Below, in pieces: positions 25,210 to 33,974 of a stretch of DNA of 64,000 bases. The notes under the pieces are model-generated. The model was not told the origin of the DNA and did no database searches. It saw nothing but the letters and a program-made list of their open reading frames with translations. The translations under genes and the position numbers were made by a program. Source of the DNA: a bacterium (GTDB taxonomy: Bacteria > Electryoneota > Electryoneia > Electryoneales > Electryoneaceae); assembly GCA_019912845.1 (NCBI GenBank), contig JAIOHU010000165.1, positions 14,039 through 78,038 of the forward strand, in the 5' to 3' direction. Position 1 is the first letter of the stretch, and each line of letters starts with the position of its first letter.

Positions 25210-27498
25210 TCACTTGAGCAATACAATCTTCCTCTGAATCGCATCCTCTCGCATCGCTTTCACGTTCAGAAAATAGATACCTGCACCGATCCCTAATGCT
25301 CCTACCTCGAGCGTATGTATACCAGCGGAATACTCTCTCTCGGCGAGCGAACGGACTAACTGTCCGTTGATATTAAAAAGTTCAATTTGAAGATGTGATG
25401 ATCTTGGAAGTTCAACAGTGACACGGAAAGTAGAATTGAACGGATTCGGATAAACTGCCGAAACCTCAAAATCTGTTGGAAGTTGGTTAACGTCTGTGGG
25501 ATCATCAACATCAGTGAAATAATCATAGAACGACCAGATACCATCAGCTTGTGTGCCGATGTGGATATCGGTGCCATCGGGCGAGAAGGCGATTGCTGTG
25601 ACAGGTGAAGTCCAGTTGCCTTGAAAGAGTGTCCAGGTTTCACCACGATCCCAGGTGGTATAGATGCCATCTGTTGTAGCTGCGAAAAGGTAATACTTGT
25701 TGGTGGGATGGAGTGCAATATCTACAATCTCATTGTTGGGGATATTGGTTGAGATTTCAGACAGAGTCACTCCATCATTTTCTGAAAAGAATATCCGGTT
25801 TTCGACTGGTCTGCCAGGATCCACATTTTCCGTCAGACCGTAGAACGCACCCTGAGGATGAAGTACGATTTTTCTAAAAACAGGGGCATCCTCATTGACC
25901 AGCTCAAAGGTTTCCGCATAATCTTCGCTCAGATAAAGCCCGGGACGGTCTGAGACAAATAGCTTACCTGGTACTACCGGATCACATTCGACTGAATATG
26001 CCCAGCCAATCGAAAGCTCGTTGTCCCAAGTCTCCCCACCATCCATACTTCGGGCAAATCCTTGCCCAAAAAAGTGTGTATAAATAATGTCTGAATTAAC
26101 AGCATCAACTGCCCCATCAATGTAAACCCAACTGACTACATGGTTGTAGTTGTCTGCCGTACTATCATAACGATAGATCTCTTTGCCGGAGGTATAAATG
26201 ATATCTGAATCAATCTGATTTGCAATGATGGAAGTAACATCACGTGCAAAACAGTGGTTCCACCCATCCAGCTCATCGTCATAACGCCATAAACCGGCAT
26301 ATTTGTTCGCAGCAAAAAGGCTATTTTCAGTTGCTAACAAATCTGTTATAGAAGAACCTCCTATCCCTCTTCCAACCATCTCTACCGACTCACCACCATC
26401 ATTGGTTCGAAACAATCCTCTTTGATTGGCAAACAGTCGATTATCGGGATTCATTGGATTGCAGGATACATCCAGACTTAAAGCAAAACTCCTCATGTAG
26501 TCAAAATCTATCCGCCATCCACCAATATCATCCGTAGGAGACGTCCAGGTCTGTCCATGATCTTCGCTTTGGAAATACCACGTATTAGCGCAATAATAGA
26601 TATTCCAGTCTTCATCGACTTGGAAATTTCTTAGGGAATAACCCATGTCTGGTGAACCTCCCGAGATTTCCTCCCAGCTTTCGCCTGAATCCCATGTCTG
26701 ATGGATGCCTTGATAGACACCGTAATACACATTGCTTTCAGACAGCCAGTGGAACGGATCATCAGGATCAACATAAAAATCGTCACTGAGATTAACATCA
26801 CCATGCACCTGGTAATCAACATGATATTCTATCCAGGTTTCGCCACCATTCAGGGTATATTGCAGTTCATGGGTTTCAGGTTGGAGCGGATCATAACCCG
26901 CACTCTTTATAAAAAAGACATCAGGATTATTCGGGATGGTTTGAATGGTTTGAATCTGATCACGTGACTCGATACTGTGAAAGACTTGCCAGGTGTCGCC
27001 GTTATCCTCACTGGAATAAACCAGAGCGTCGTCGTGATCAGCGTCCCATATACTTTCTCCGATATAGATGTTGTACGGCGGTGTTTTGCTGAAATGGACA
27101 CATGATATGGTCACAGTATCCAGGGGGACAGCGATTCTCTGCCAGGTAACGCCAGCGTCAGAGCTACGGTAGAGTGAATCAACTTGGTAGCTGCCAAACT
27201 GGAGAAACCGCATATCCATCATTTCAGGATGAAAATAGACATTAGAAGGTGATCTTTCATCAATTCCCGGTATTAGTGGCGAGTTGAATGTGAAATGCTC
27301 ACCGCCATCACTGCTTATCCAATACCCACCTTCACCAGATAACCCCCATACTTCAGTTGTATCATGTGGATTGTACTTGAGTCCCGTTAAAGAACTATGC
27401 CAGGGACCGTGATTGATCCATTCCTGGGAACAGACTGATGAAGAAAGTAGCAGTAGTGTGGCAATAATCGGCAAAATGAACAGTTTTATCGTTTTCAT
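25210..27498 (-). CDS. Secreted BNR/Asp-box repeat protein (sortilin/Vps10- or GH74-like beta-propellers) with T9SS C-terminal sorting domain
   Basis: There are about ten S-x-D-x-G-x-T-W-type boxes, for example SSDAGVTWQ, SEDNGDTWQ, SEDHGQTWT, SMDGGETWD and TWDRGETWT. The C-terminus is AVYPNPFNSTFRVTVELP...IELFNINGQLV...GIYFLNVKA...KIVLLK. The signal peptide begins at the ATG at 27498 (MKTIKLFILPIIATLLLLSSS). Confidence 0.85.
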   Translation of the reverse strand: MKTIKLFILPIIATLLLLSSSVCSQEWINHGPWHSSLTGLKYNPHDTTEVWGLSGEGGYWISSDGGEHFTFNSPLIPGIDERSPSNVYFHPEMMDMRFLQFGSYQVDSLYRSSDAGVTWQRIAVPLDTVTISCVHFSKTPPYNIYIGESIWDADHDDALVYSSEDNGDTWQVFHSIESRDQIQTIQTIPNNPDVFFIKSAGYDPLQPETHELQYTLNGGETWIEYHVDYQVHGDVNLSDDFYVDPDDPFHWLSESNVYYGVYQGIHQTWDSGESWEEISGGSPDMGYSLRNFQVDEDWNIYYCANTWYFQSEDHGQTWTSPTDDIGGWRIDFDYMRSFALSLDVSCNPMNPDNRLFANQRGLFRTNDGGESVEMVGRGIGGSSITDLLATENSLFAANKYAGLWRYDDELDGWNHCFARDVTSIIANQIDSDIIYTSGKEIYRYDSTADNYNHVVSWVYIDGAVDAVNSDIIYTHFFGQGFARSMDGGETWDNELSIGWAYSVECDPVVPGKLFVSDRPGLYLSEDYAETFELVNEDAPVFRKIVLHPQGAFYGLTENVDPGRPVENRIFFSENDGVTLSEISTNIPNNEIVDIALHPTNKYYLFAATTDGIYTTWDRGETWTLFQGNWTSPVTAIAFSPDGTDIHIGTQADGIWSFYDYFTDVDDPTDVNQLPTDFEVSAVYPNPFNSTFRVTVELPRSSHLQIELFNINGQLVRSLAEREYSAGIHTLEVGALGIGAGIYFLNVKAMREDAIQRKIVLLK

Positions 27499-27900
27499 TG
27501 TAATCCCCAGATCAGCCTTCATTTTCTAGAAAGCCAATAATGCATTTAAGTACAAAGCTCTGAGAGCAATCCTGATCCTTATTTACGACAAAAAATCTGT
27601 GCAATCTATTCCCTTAGCTGCGTACATCATTCACAGTTCTCCCCTCATCTAACAGACTCCCGATCGGGTAAATCCATTGAGCGTGAGAAGAGGATATCGC
27701 GAGAAAACATAATATTGTCGACGACAACCAGGCAGGACGCCACATACAACCCCCATCTTTTAGAAGATTGTTCAGTTCTATCAAGATAAACCTGCAATGG
27801 TAGACTTACAAATATTGCAAATCACGTACCGGAACAAGTGGAATTGAATCGATTAAATTTTGCTTTGCCATCCAGTGGATCAACTCATTTGTTTTGATAG

Positions 27901-27975
27901 CTGGCTTTGGACTTGTCCAAAGTTTAATTATTCCCGTATTCATTCTATTAAACCCTGGATAAAACCAGGGCCAAT
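27901..27975 (-). repeat. R4 bipartite repeat copy (inverted orientation)
   Basis: CTGGCTTTGGACTTGTCCAAAGTTTAATTATTCC ... AAACCCTGGATAAAACCAGGGCCAATCAAT. Confidence 0.85.
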
Positions 27976-28124
27976 CAATAGGTACATTAGATTCGAGCTA
28001 CTCGTACTTTCTCAATAAACTCGTACTACTTCAATGCAGAGAACGAAACAGGAACAAATCCCTCGACTCACAGTTTATTGCTTTCTATCTTCCCGCATCT
28101 ACACTGAAAGAAGGCATCACATAA

Positions 28125-29351
28125 ATGAGTCCGGAGTTATCCAAACGCGCACGGTTTTACTGCAAGCTCACTCTCCTGCTGGCATCCAGCTTGACCATCA
28201 TGTCCGGGGCGACAGTCGCAGCATCACTTCCTCGTATCCAGGCACATTTTGCGGGACAACCCTATGTTGAACTTCTCACACGTTTGATCCTCACCACTCC
28301 CGCCCTGGCAATTGTGCTTTTTTCGCCTGTCGCAGGATGGATAACCGACCGTTTTGGACGGAAACGTTTGCTATGGAGTAGCATGATTCTCTACGGTATC
28401 GCTGGTGCTGGTGGAGGACTGGTTGACAACATCTATGCAGTTTTGATCAGCCGTTTTCTGCTGGGACTTGGCGTTGCGGGTGTGATGACCCCGGTGGTTG
28501 CGTTAATCGGTGATTACTTTGATGGCGAGGAACGTGGACGTTTTATCGGGACTCAATCAGCCTTTATAGGATTCGGAGGGGTTGTTTTTGTTGCACTTGG
28601 AGGTTGGTTGGCTTCCATAAGCTGGCGCGCACCGTTTCTCATTTACGCTATCGCATTTACAATTATTCCCCTGGTGTTCGCTACGATTTCCGAACCTGTC
28701 CATGAGGATGCCGGATTGTCAAAAACAGAACGTGGTTCGTTGGCGAAGACACGTAAAATCCCCCTGGAAATCAAGAAAAAGGCATTTTTTATCTACGCTG
28801 TGATCTTCAGTGGATTTATTCAAACTTACACAGTACCGGTACAAGGTCCATTTTACCTTGAAAACGAGTTTTCAGCTACCAGCACCCAGGTCGGACTGGC
28901 GATAAGTGGATTAATCCTCGCTGCTGCCATACTCTCGCTTAATTTTCAACGGATCAAACGTCACGTTCCGGTGCTGGGAATGTATGCAATCGCTTTCAGT
29001 GCGTTCGGTTTGGGCAGCCTTGCATTCAGCCGTGCGCCAACATTTCCCCTGGCAATGGCATCACTTTTTCTCGCCGGCTCCGGGCTAGGTCTGATCATGC
29101 CCACCAGTAATGTCTGGCTGCTGCAAAGCTCTCCCTCCTGGGCACGAGGACGGCTGGTCGGTGGTTTGACTACGGCAGTATTTTTAGGTCAATTCTGCAG
29201 CCCGTTACTCTCACAACCATTGGTGCAGACTGTCGGAGTACGTTCAACGTTTCTCGTCATTGGAATCGGAGTACTCCTGCTCGGCATTGCTTTCGCGGTG
29301 AGTCAATTGGTACGTGAGCGACGTCAACGAAAACGTCTCAATCCTGCCTGA
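28125..29351 (+). CDS. MFS transporter
   Basis: 408 aa with ~12 predicted TM helices. The loop 2-3 motif is GWITDRFGRKRLL. Confidence 0.85.
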   Translation: MSPELSKRARFYCKLTLLLASSLTIMSGATVAASLPRIQAHFAGQPYVELLTRLILTTPALAIVLFSPVAGWITDRFGRKRLLWSSMILYGIAGAGGGLVDNIYAVLISRFLLGLGVAGVMTPVVALIGDYFDGEERGRFIGTQSAFIGFGGVVFVALGGWLASISWRAPFLIYAIAFTIIPLVFATISEPVHEDAGLSKTERGSLAKTRKIPLEIKKKAFFIYAVIFSGFIQTYTVPVQGPFYLENEFSATSTQVGLAISGLILAAAILSLNFQRIKRHVPVLGMYAIAFSAFGLGSLAFSRAPTFPLAMASLFLAGSGLGLIMPTSNVWLLQSSPSWARGRLVGGLTTAVFLGQFCSPLLSQPLVQTVGVRSTFLVIGIGVLLLGIAFAVSQLVRERRQRKRLNPA

Positions 29352-29367
29352 TTGTTGCTTTCGACAG

Positions 29368-29534
29368 GTTTCAATCCCCGTGCCACCCTGATTTACCCAG
29401 CATTCAACCATAATATAGAAAATGTCTCTTAGACCCGACGCAAAGCATCGGACCATCTATCCAGCAGTTCACCACAGCGTGGTAAAATTTGCGTAACCCT
29501 GTGGTGCAGCGAAGCGTAACCCGGGGAGCTACCC
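29368..29534. repeat. Repeat mosaic R3 - R6 - R9 - inverted R8
   Basis: GTTTCAATCCCCGTGCCACCC; TGTCTCTTAGACCCGACGCAAAGCATCGGACCATCT; TTCACCACAGCGTGGTAAA; CCCTGTGGTGCAGCGAAGCGTAACCCGGGGAGCTACCC. Confidence 0.85.
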
Positions 29535-29882
29535 ACTCGCAATAGCGAAATACCCTATAATTCATCCTTAAATACTACTGCATCCGAACGTAAAATCCAT
29601 CCCCATACTTACTCCTCCTTCCGCAATTTATTTCTCAAATTGCCTGGTTCGTGAAAAAGAATAAAATAATGCTAATCAACTATGGTTAAAGATGCATTTT
29701 GGTATTATGTTGGGGAATGGATAGTTTATGTCGAAGCCACAATGATTTTGTGCAAGTTGTCCACAAAAAAGAACCAGTATTTGAGTTAAGTTTTGCTTTA
29801 CAGCCTGTCAGAGAACAAAATATTCAGATAATTCTGGAATATTGCAGGTATTGAAATTCAATAATCAATAATATCAATTTCT

Positions 29883-29918
29883 TCCTGGATTCCAGCTAAA
29901 ACCCTGCTGGAATGACAC
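29883..29918 (-). repeat. R1 hairpin repeat (inverted, TTCC/GGAA stem variant)
   Basis: TCCTGGATTCCAGCTAAAACCCTGCTGGAATGACAC. Confidence 0.85.
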
Positions 29919-30114
29919 GGGCGTAAACAGTGTTCTGTGACAGACTCTGAAGCTCTCACTCTATCTATTCGTAATCTATTGATTCTTTAGGATATACAGT
30001 ATATCGAAAGCAGGCATATCGAATTCACAATAGGACGAAAAGGGACAACAGCACACACAAAACATCGAAGCATTAGAGATTATAGATTGAAGGTTTTCTA
30101 GAATTGGATAAATT

Positions 30115-33100
30115 TTGAAAAGCAAGAACTCAGACAAAAAAAACAGCTCTGGCCAGGTGGAGAAATCTTCGGGTTCTAAAGGGCAATCAGCAGTTGAAAA
30201 ATCCAAGAAAAATTTCCCTATTGTGGGGATCGGGGCTTCTGCTGGTGGTTTGGCTGCATTTGAGGCATTTTTCTCCGCGATGCCGACAGATGTAGATCCG
30301 GACATGGCATTTGTACTGGTGCAACATCTGGCTCCTGATCACAAGAGCATCCTCACTGAACTTGTTACCCGATACACGCGCATGCAAGTTTCTGAGGTTG
30401 TAGATGGCGTCGAGGTTAAACCCAATTGTGCCTATATCATCCCTCCAAATCGTGATATGGCTTTTTTGGATGGGAAGCTTCATCTCCTGGATCAGACAGC
30501 TCCGCGCGGAATGCGTATGCCGATTGATTTTTTCTTCAGATCGTTAGCACAAGACCAACGCGAGCGAGCTATCTGCATCGTCCTGTCTGGCACCGGCAGC
30601 GACGGAACTCTTGGCGTCAGAGCAATTAAAGGTGAAGGTGGAATGGCAATGGCGCAATTCCCCGAATCGACCGAATTCGACGGTATGCCCCGCAGTGCTA
30701 TCGAAACTGGTTTGGTCGATTATGTGTTGCCCCCCGCCGAAATGTCTACCCAACTAATGAGTTATGTTGCACATGCTTTAGGGAGCCTTAGACGTGCAGC
30801 AAAACCCGTGTTGAAAGAAGAAGATGCGCTGAAGAAGGTCTTCATTTTAGTGCGCGCGCAAACTGGACACGATTTCTCACAGTACAAACCGAGTACGATC
30901 AATCGCCGTATCGAAAGACGCATGGCGGTTCAGCAGATCAAACTTTTGAAAGAGTATGTCAGCTTCCTGCAACACAACCCAGTAGAAGTTGAGGCACTTT
31001 TTAATGACCTGTTAATTGGAGTAACCAGTTTCTTCCGTGATACTGATGCCTTCACAGTTCTTGAGAAAAAGGTTATCCCACAGTTGTTTGCCAGTAAACC
31101 ACTTGGTTCGTACATACGCGTGTGGACACCAGGTTGCTCAACTGGTGAGGAAGCGTATTCTATCGCGATGCTTTTGCAAGAGCATATTGATGAGCTCAAG
31201 AAAACATATCTATTACAGGTTTTCGCTACGGACATCGACGGCAAAGCCATTGATCAGGCTCGCACCGGGAAATTTCCCGCAAGTATCGCTTCCGACATCT
31301 CGACAGAACGATTACAGCGTTTTTTTGTGAAGGACCCTTCAGGTGGAGGGTATCGAATTCAAAAAAAATTGCGAGACATTTTAATTTTCTCTGAACAGGA
31401 CGTTATTAAAGACCCTCCATTCTCCAGGATCGACCTGATCAGTTGTCGAAATCTGCTGATTTACATGGATGGGGAATTACAGAAAAGGCTTATCCCTCTC
31501 TTCCATTATGCACTCAATCCAGGTGGCAAGCTTTTTCTGGGATCATCTGAAACGGTGGGTGAGTATACTGATCTTTTTTCTCCACTTGACCGTAGTGCTA
31601 AAATTTATGAATGTAAAGAAGACATTCACAGGATTCATCATCCTGTCATCGGAAAATTTCCACCTCATTTGACCAAAATTGACGCCGATCATACACCTTC
31701 AACGAAAATGCAAATTTCCATCCCTGTAAGACTGCGTGAAACAGTAGAAAAGGCTTTATTGCAGCATTACCCAGCCTCTGCTTTGTTAGTGACAGAAGCT
31801 GGCGACATACTATATCTTCATGGTCGCACTGGCACCTATCTCGAACCTGCACCAGGTGAAGCGGGAATGAACGTGCTGAAAATGGCACGTGAGGGTCTCC
31901 GCAGAAAAGTGGCAACCAATTTAAGAAAGGTTATAAAAAGCGGAGAAATCGTTCGAGAAGCAGGATTAAAGGTCAAAACCAACGGTGAATATACTACGGT
32001 CAACCTGATCATTCGCCCGATTAAAGCCGATGATGAATTACATTCATCTTCAATGTGCCTGATTATCATCGAGCATGCTCAATCAACTGATCAACATTTA
32101 CATAATACTAATTCTACCGCATTTGACAGCGATGATGAACGCTTCAAGATATTGAAACAAGAATTGCAGGCTAAAGATGAGTATTTGCAGACTACTGTCG
32201 AAGAATTGGAAACCTCCAATGAAGAGTTGAAATCGTCAAATGAGGAATTACAATCGGTTAATGAGGAACTTCAATCTACTAATGAGGAGTTGGAAACATC
32301 TAAGGAGGAGTTACAATCGGTTAATGAAGAGCTGGCAACCGTCAACGCTGAGCTGCAGGACAAGGTCAACGTGCTCTCACGAATTAATAACGACATGAAC
32401 AACCTGCTTGCAGGTACAGAAATTGGCACTATCTTTGTTGACCACCAGCTACGCGTTCTTCGGTTCACGCCAACAGTCACACAGATAATCAGCTTGATTC
32501 AGACTGATATAGGGCGTCCAATAACCAATATAACCCTCAATATCAAAGGCTATAACAGTTTTTCCGAGAATTTGCAAGAAGTGTTGAACACCCTCATCCC
32601 TATCGAAGTTGAAATACTCACCAACGATGACCTCTGGTTTCTAATGCGTATCAGACCGTATCGCACAATAGAAAATGTAATTGAAGGTGCCGTCGTCACC
32701 TTCACTGAGATTACCGAGACGAAGCTTGCACAAGAGGTGATGAGCACTTTTGAATCGGTCAATCGCCTGGCAACGGTTGTGCGTGATGCTTATGACGCGA
32801 TCATAGTAATCAATTTAGACGGAAAGATTATGGAATGGAACCCTGCTGCAGAACGGATATATGGTTGGAGTGAGGCGGAGGCACTAACCATGAATATCCA
32901 TGATCTGATTCCAGTTGCGGAGAGGAAGAAAGCCCTGGAGAAGATTATGCAACTTGGCAAATCAATTGATCAGCAACCATATCGTGCCAAACGGATTAGG
33001 AAAGATGAGCAAATTGTAGATATCTGGCTGACAAAGACAGGACTTATCAACGATTCTGGTGCAATTTACGCAATTGCGACAACAGAACGAATTTTTCAGA

Positions 33101-33126
33101 GATCGGATACTGATTATGAAAAATAA
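30115..33126 (+). CDS. CheB-type methylesterase / CheR-type methyltransferase fusion protein with coiled coil and PAS domains, and no kinase or other output domain
   Basis: 1003 aa with a TTG start. CheB-like segment is PIVGIGASAGGLAAFEAFF...CIVLSGTGSDG. CheR-like segment is TSFFRD...VWTPGCSTGEEAYS. A heptad run covers LETSNEELKSSNEELQSVNEELQSTNEELETSKEELQSVNEELATVNAELQ (tandem 21-nt units at ~32200-32358). PAS-like segments follow. Confidence 0.9.
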   Translation: MKSKNSDKKNSSGQVEKSSGSKGQSAVEKSKKNFPIVGIGASAGGLAAFEAFFSAMPTDVDPDMAFVLVQHLAPDHKSILTELVTRYTRMQVSEVVDGVEVKPNCAYIIPPNRDMAFLDGKLHLLDQTAPRGMRMPIDFFFRSLAQDQRERAICIVLSGTGSDGTLGVRAIKGEGGMAMAQFPESTEFDGMPRSAIETGLVDYVLPPAEMSTQLMSYVAHALGSLRRAAKPVLKEEDALKKVFILVRAQTGHDFSQYKPSTINRRIERRMAVQQIKLLKEYVSFLQHNPVEVEALFNDLLIGVTSFFRDTDAFTVLEKKVIPQLFASKPLGSYIRVWTPGCSTGEEAYSIAMLLQEHIDELKKTYLLQVFATDIDGKAIDQARTGKFPASIASDISTERLQRFFVKDPSGGGYRIQKKLRDILIFSEQDVIKDPPFSRIDLISCRNLLIYMDGELQKRLIPLFHYALNPGGKLFLGSSETVGEYTDLFSPLDRSAKIYECKEDIHRIHHPVIGKFPPHLTKIDADHTPSTKMQISIPVRLRETVEKALLQHYPASALLVTEAGDILYLHGRTGTYLEPAPGEAGMNVLKMAREGLRRKVATNLRKVIKSGEIVREAGLKVKTNGEYTTVNLIIRPIKADDELHSSSMCLIIIEHAQSTDQHLHNTNSTAFDSDDERFKILKQELQAKDEYLQTTVEELETSNEELKSSNEELQSVNEELQSTNEELETSKEELQSVNEELATVNAELQDKVNVLSRINNDMNNLLAGTEIGTIFVDHQLRVLRFTPTVTQIISLIQTDIGRPITNITLNIKGYNSFSENLQEVLNTLIPIEVEILTNDDLWFLMRIRPYRTIENVIEGAVVTFTEITETKLAQEVMSTFESVNRLATVVRDAYDAIIVINLDGKIMEWNPAAERIYGWSEAEALTMNIHDLIPVAERKKALEKIMQLGKSIDQQPYRAKRIRKDEQIVDIWLTKTGLINDSGAIYAIATTERIFQRSDTDYEK

Positions 33127-33895
33127 AGAAATCAAACAGAACAAAATCGATGAGCTGCGCAAAAAGGCAGAAGAGAAGCTCACTCGGTTAGATGAAGAAC
33201 ATACGGATTTATCACCCGAAGCAGTCAAACAAGTTTTACACGAACTTCGCGTTCACCAGATTGAGCTGGAGATGCAGAACGAGGAATTGATTCGAATACA
33301 GGATGAGCTGGAAAAATCTCAAGCCATGTATTTTAGCCTCTACGATCTTGCCCCTGTGGGTTATTTACAGCTCAGTGAAAAAGGTTTGATTATCGAAGCA
33401 AATCTTACGTTTGCAACTCAACTGGGTCTTCTACGTGGGGAATTGATTAACCAGACTTTTACTCGGTTCATATTTCCCGATGATCAGGATACTTTCTACA
33501 ATCATAGAAAAAAATTGTTTGAGATGCAGTCACCTCAGGAGTGTGAGCTAAGACTGCTTTGTTTCGATGGTACTCAGTTCTGGGCCAAAATGGATGCGAA
33601 TCTTGCTAAAACCGAAACAGAAGAACCGGTTTGCAGAGTGACGGTAACGGATATTAGTGAAGCTAAACGATTGGAAGCAGAACTGCATAAGGCAATTGAG
33701 CAGGTAAAAACCCTTCGTGGTATCGTACCAATATGTTCAAGCTGTAAAAAAATCCGCAATGACAAAGGTTTTTGGGAAATGCTGGAAGTTTACATAAACG
33801 AACACACTGAAGCACAGTTTAGTCATGGTGTGTGTCCTGATTGCATGAAGAAGCTGTATCCTGATTACCTGGATGATGATTCAAGTGCATCATAA
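33116..33895 (+). CDS. Coiled-coil / PAS protein ending in a conserved four-Cys (CxxC...CxxC) motif
   Basis: The ATG at 33116 overlaps the upstream stop by 11 nt. It contains the HELRVHQIELEMQNEEL coiled coil and a PAS core (YDLAPVGYLQLSEKGLIIEANL...). The C-terminus is GIVPICSSCKKIRNDKGFWEMLEVYINEHTEAQFSHGVCPDCMKKLYPD. Confidence 0.8.
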   Translation: MKNKEIKQNKIDELRKKAEEKLTRLDEEHTDLSPEAVKQVLHELRVHQIELEMQNEELIRIQDELEKSQAMYFSLYDLAPVGYLQLSEKGLIIEANLTFATQLGLLRGELINQTFTRFIFPDDQDTFYNHRKKLFEMQSPQECELRLLCFDGTQFWAKMDANLAKTETEEPVCRVTVTDISEAKRLEAELHKAIEQVKTLRGIVPICSSCKKIRNDKGFWEMLEVYINEHTEAQFSHGVCPDCMKKLYPDYLDDDSSAS

Positions 33896-33918
33896 AATCC
33901 GAGAAAGTCGATTGACCA

Positions 33919-33959
33919 GTGGTTTTGAACAAGCAAATCTTTAGCATGCTCAAAACCAC
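33919..33959. terminator. Hairpin between convergent genes (possible bidirectional terminator)
   Basis: A 10-bp stem GTGGTTTTGA / TCAAAACCAC with a 21-nt loop and no clear U-tract. Confidence 0.35.
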
Positions 33960-33974
33960 CTGCCAACTACTCCT

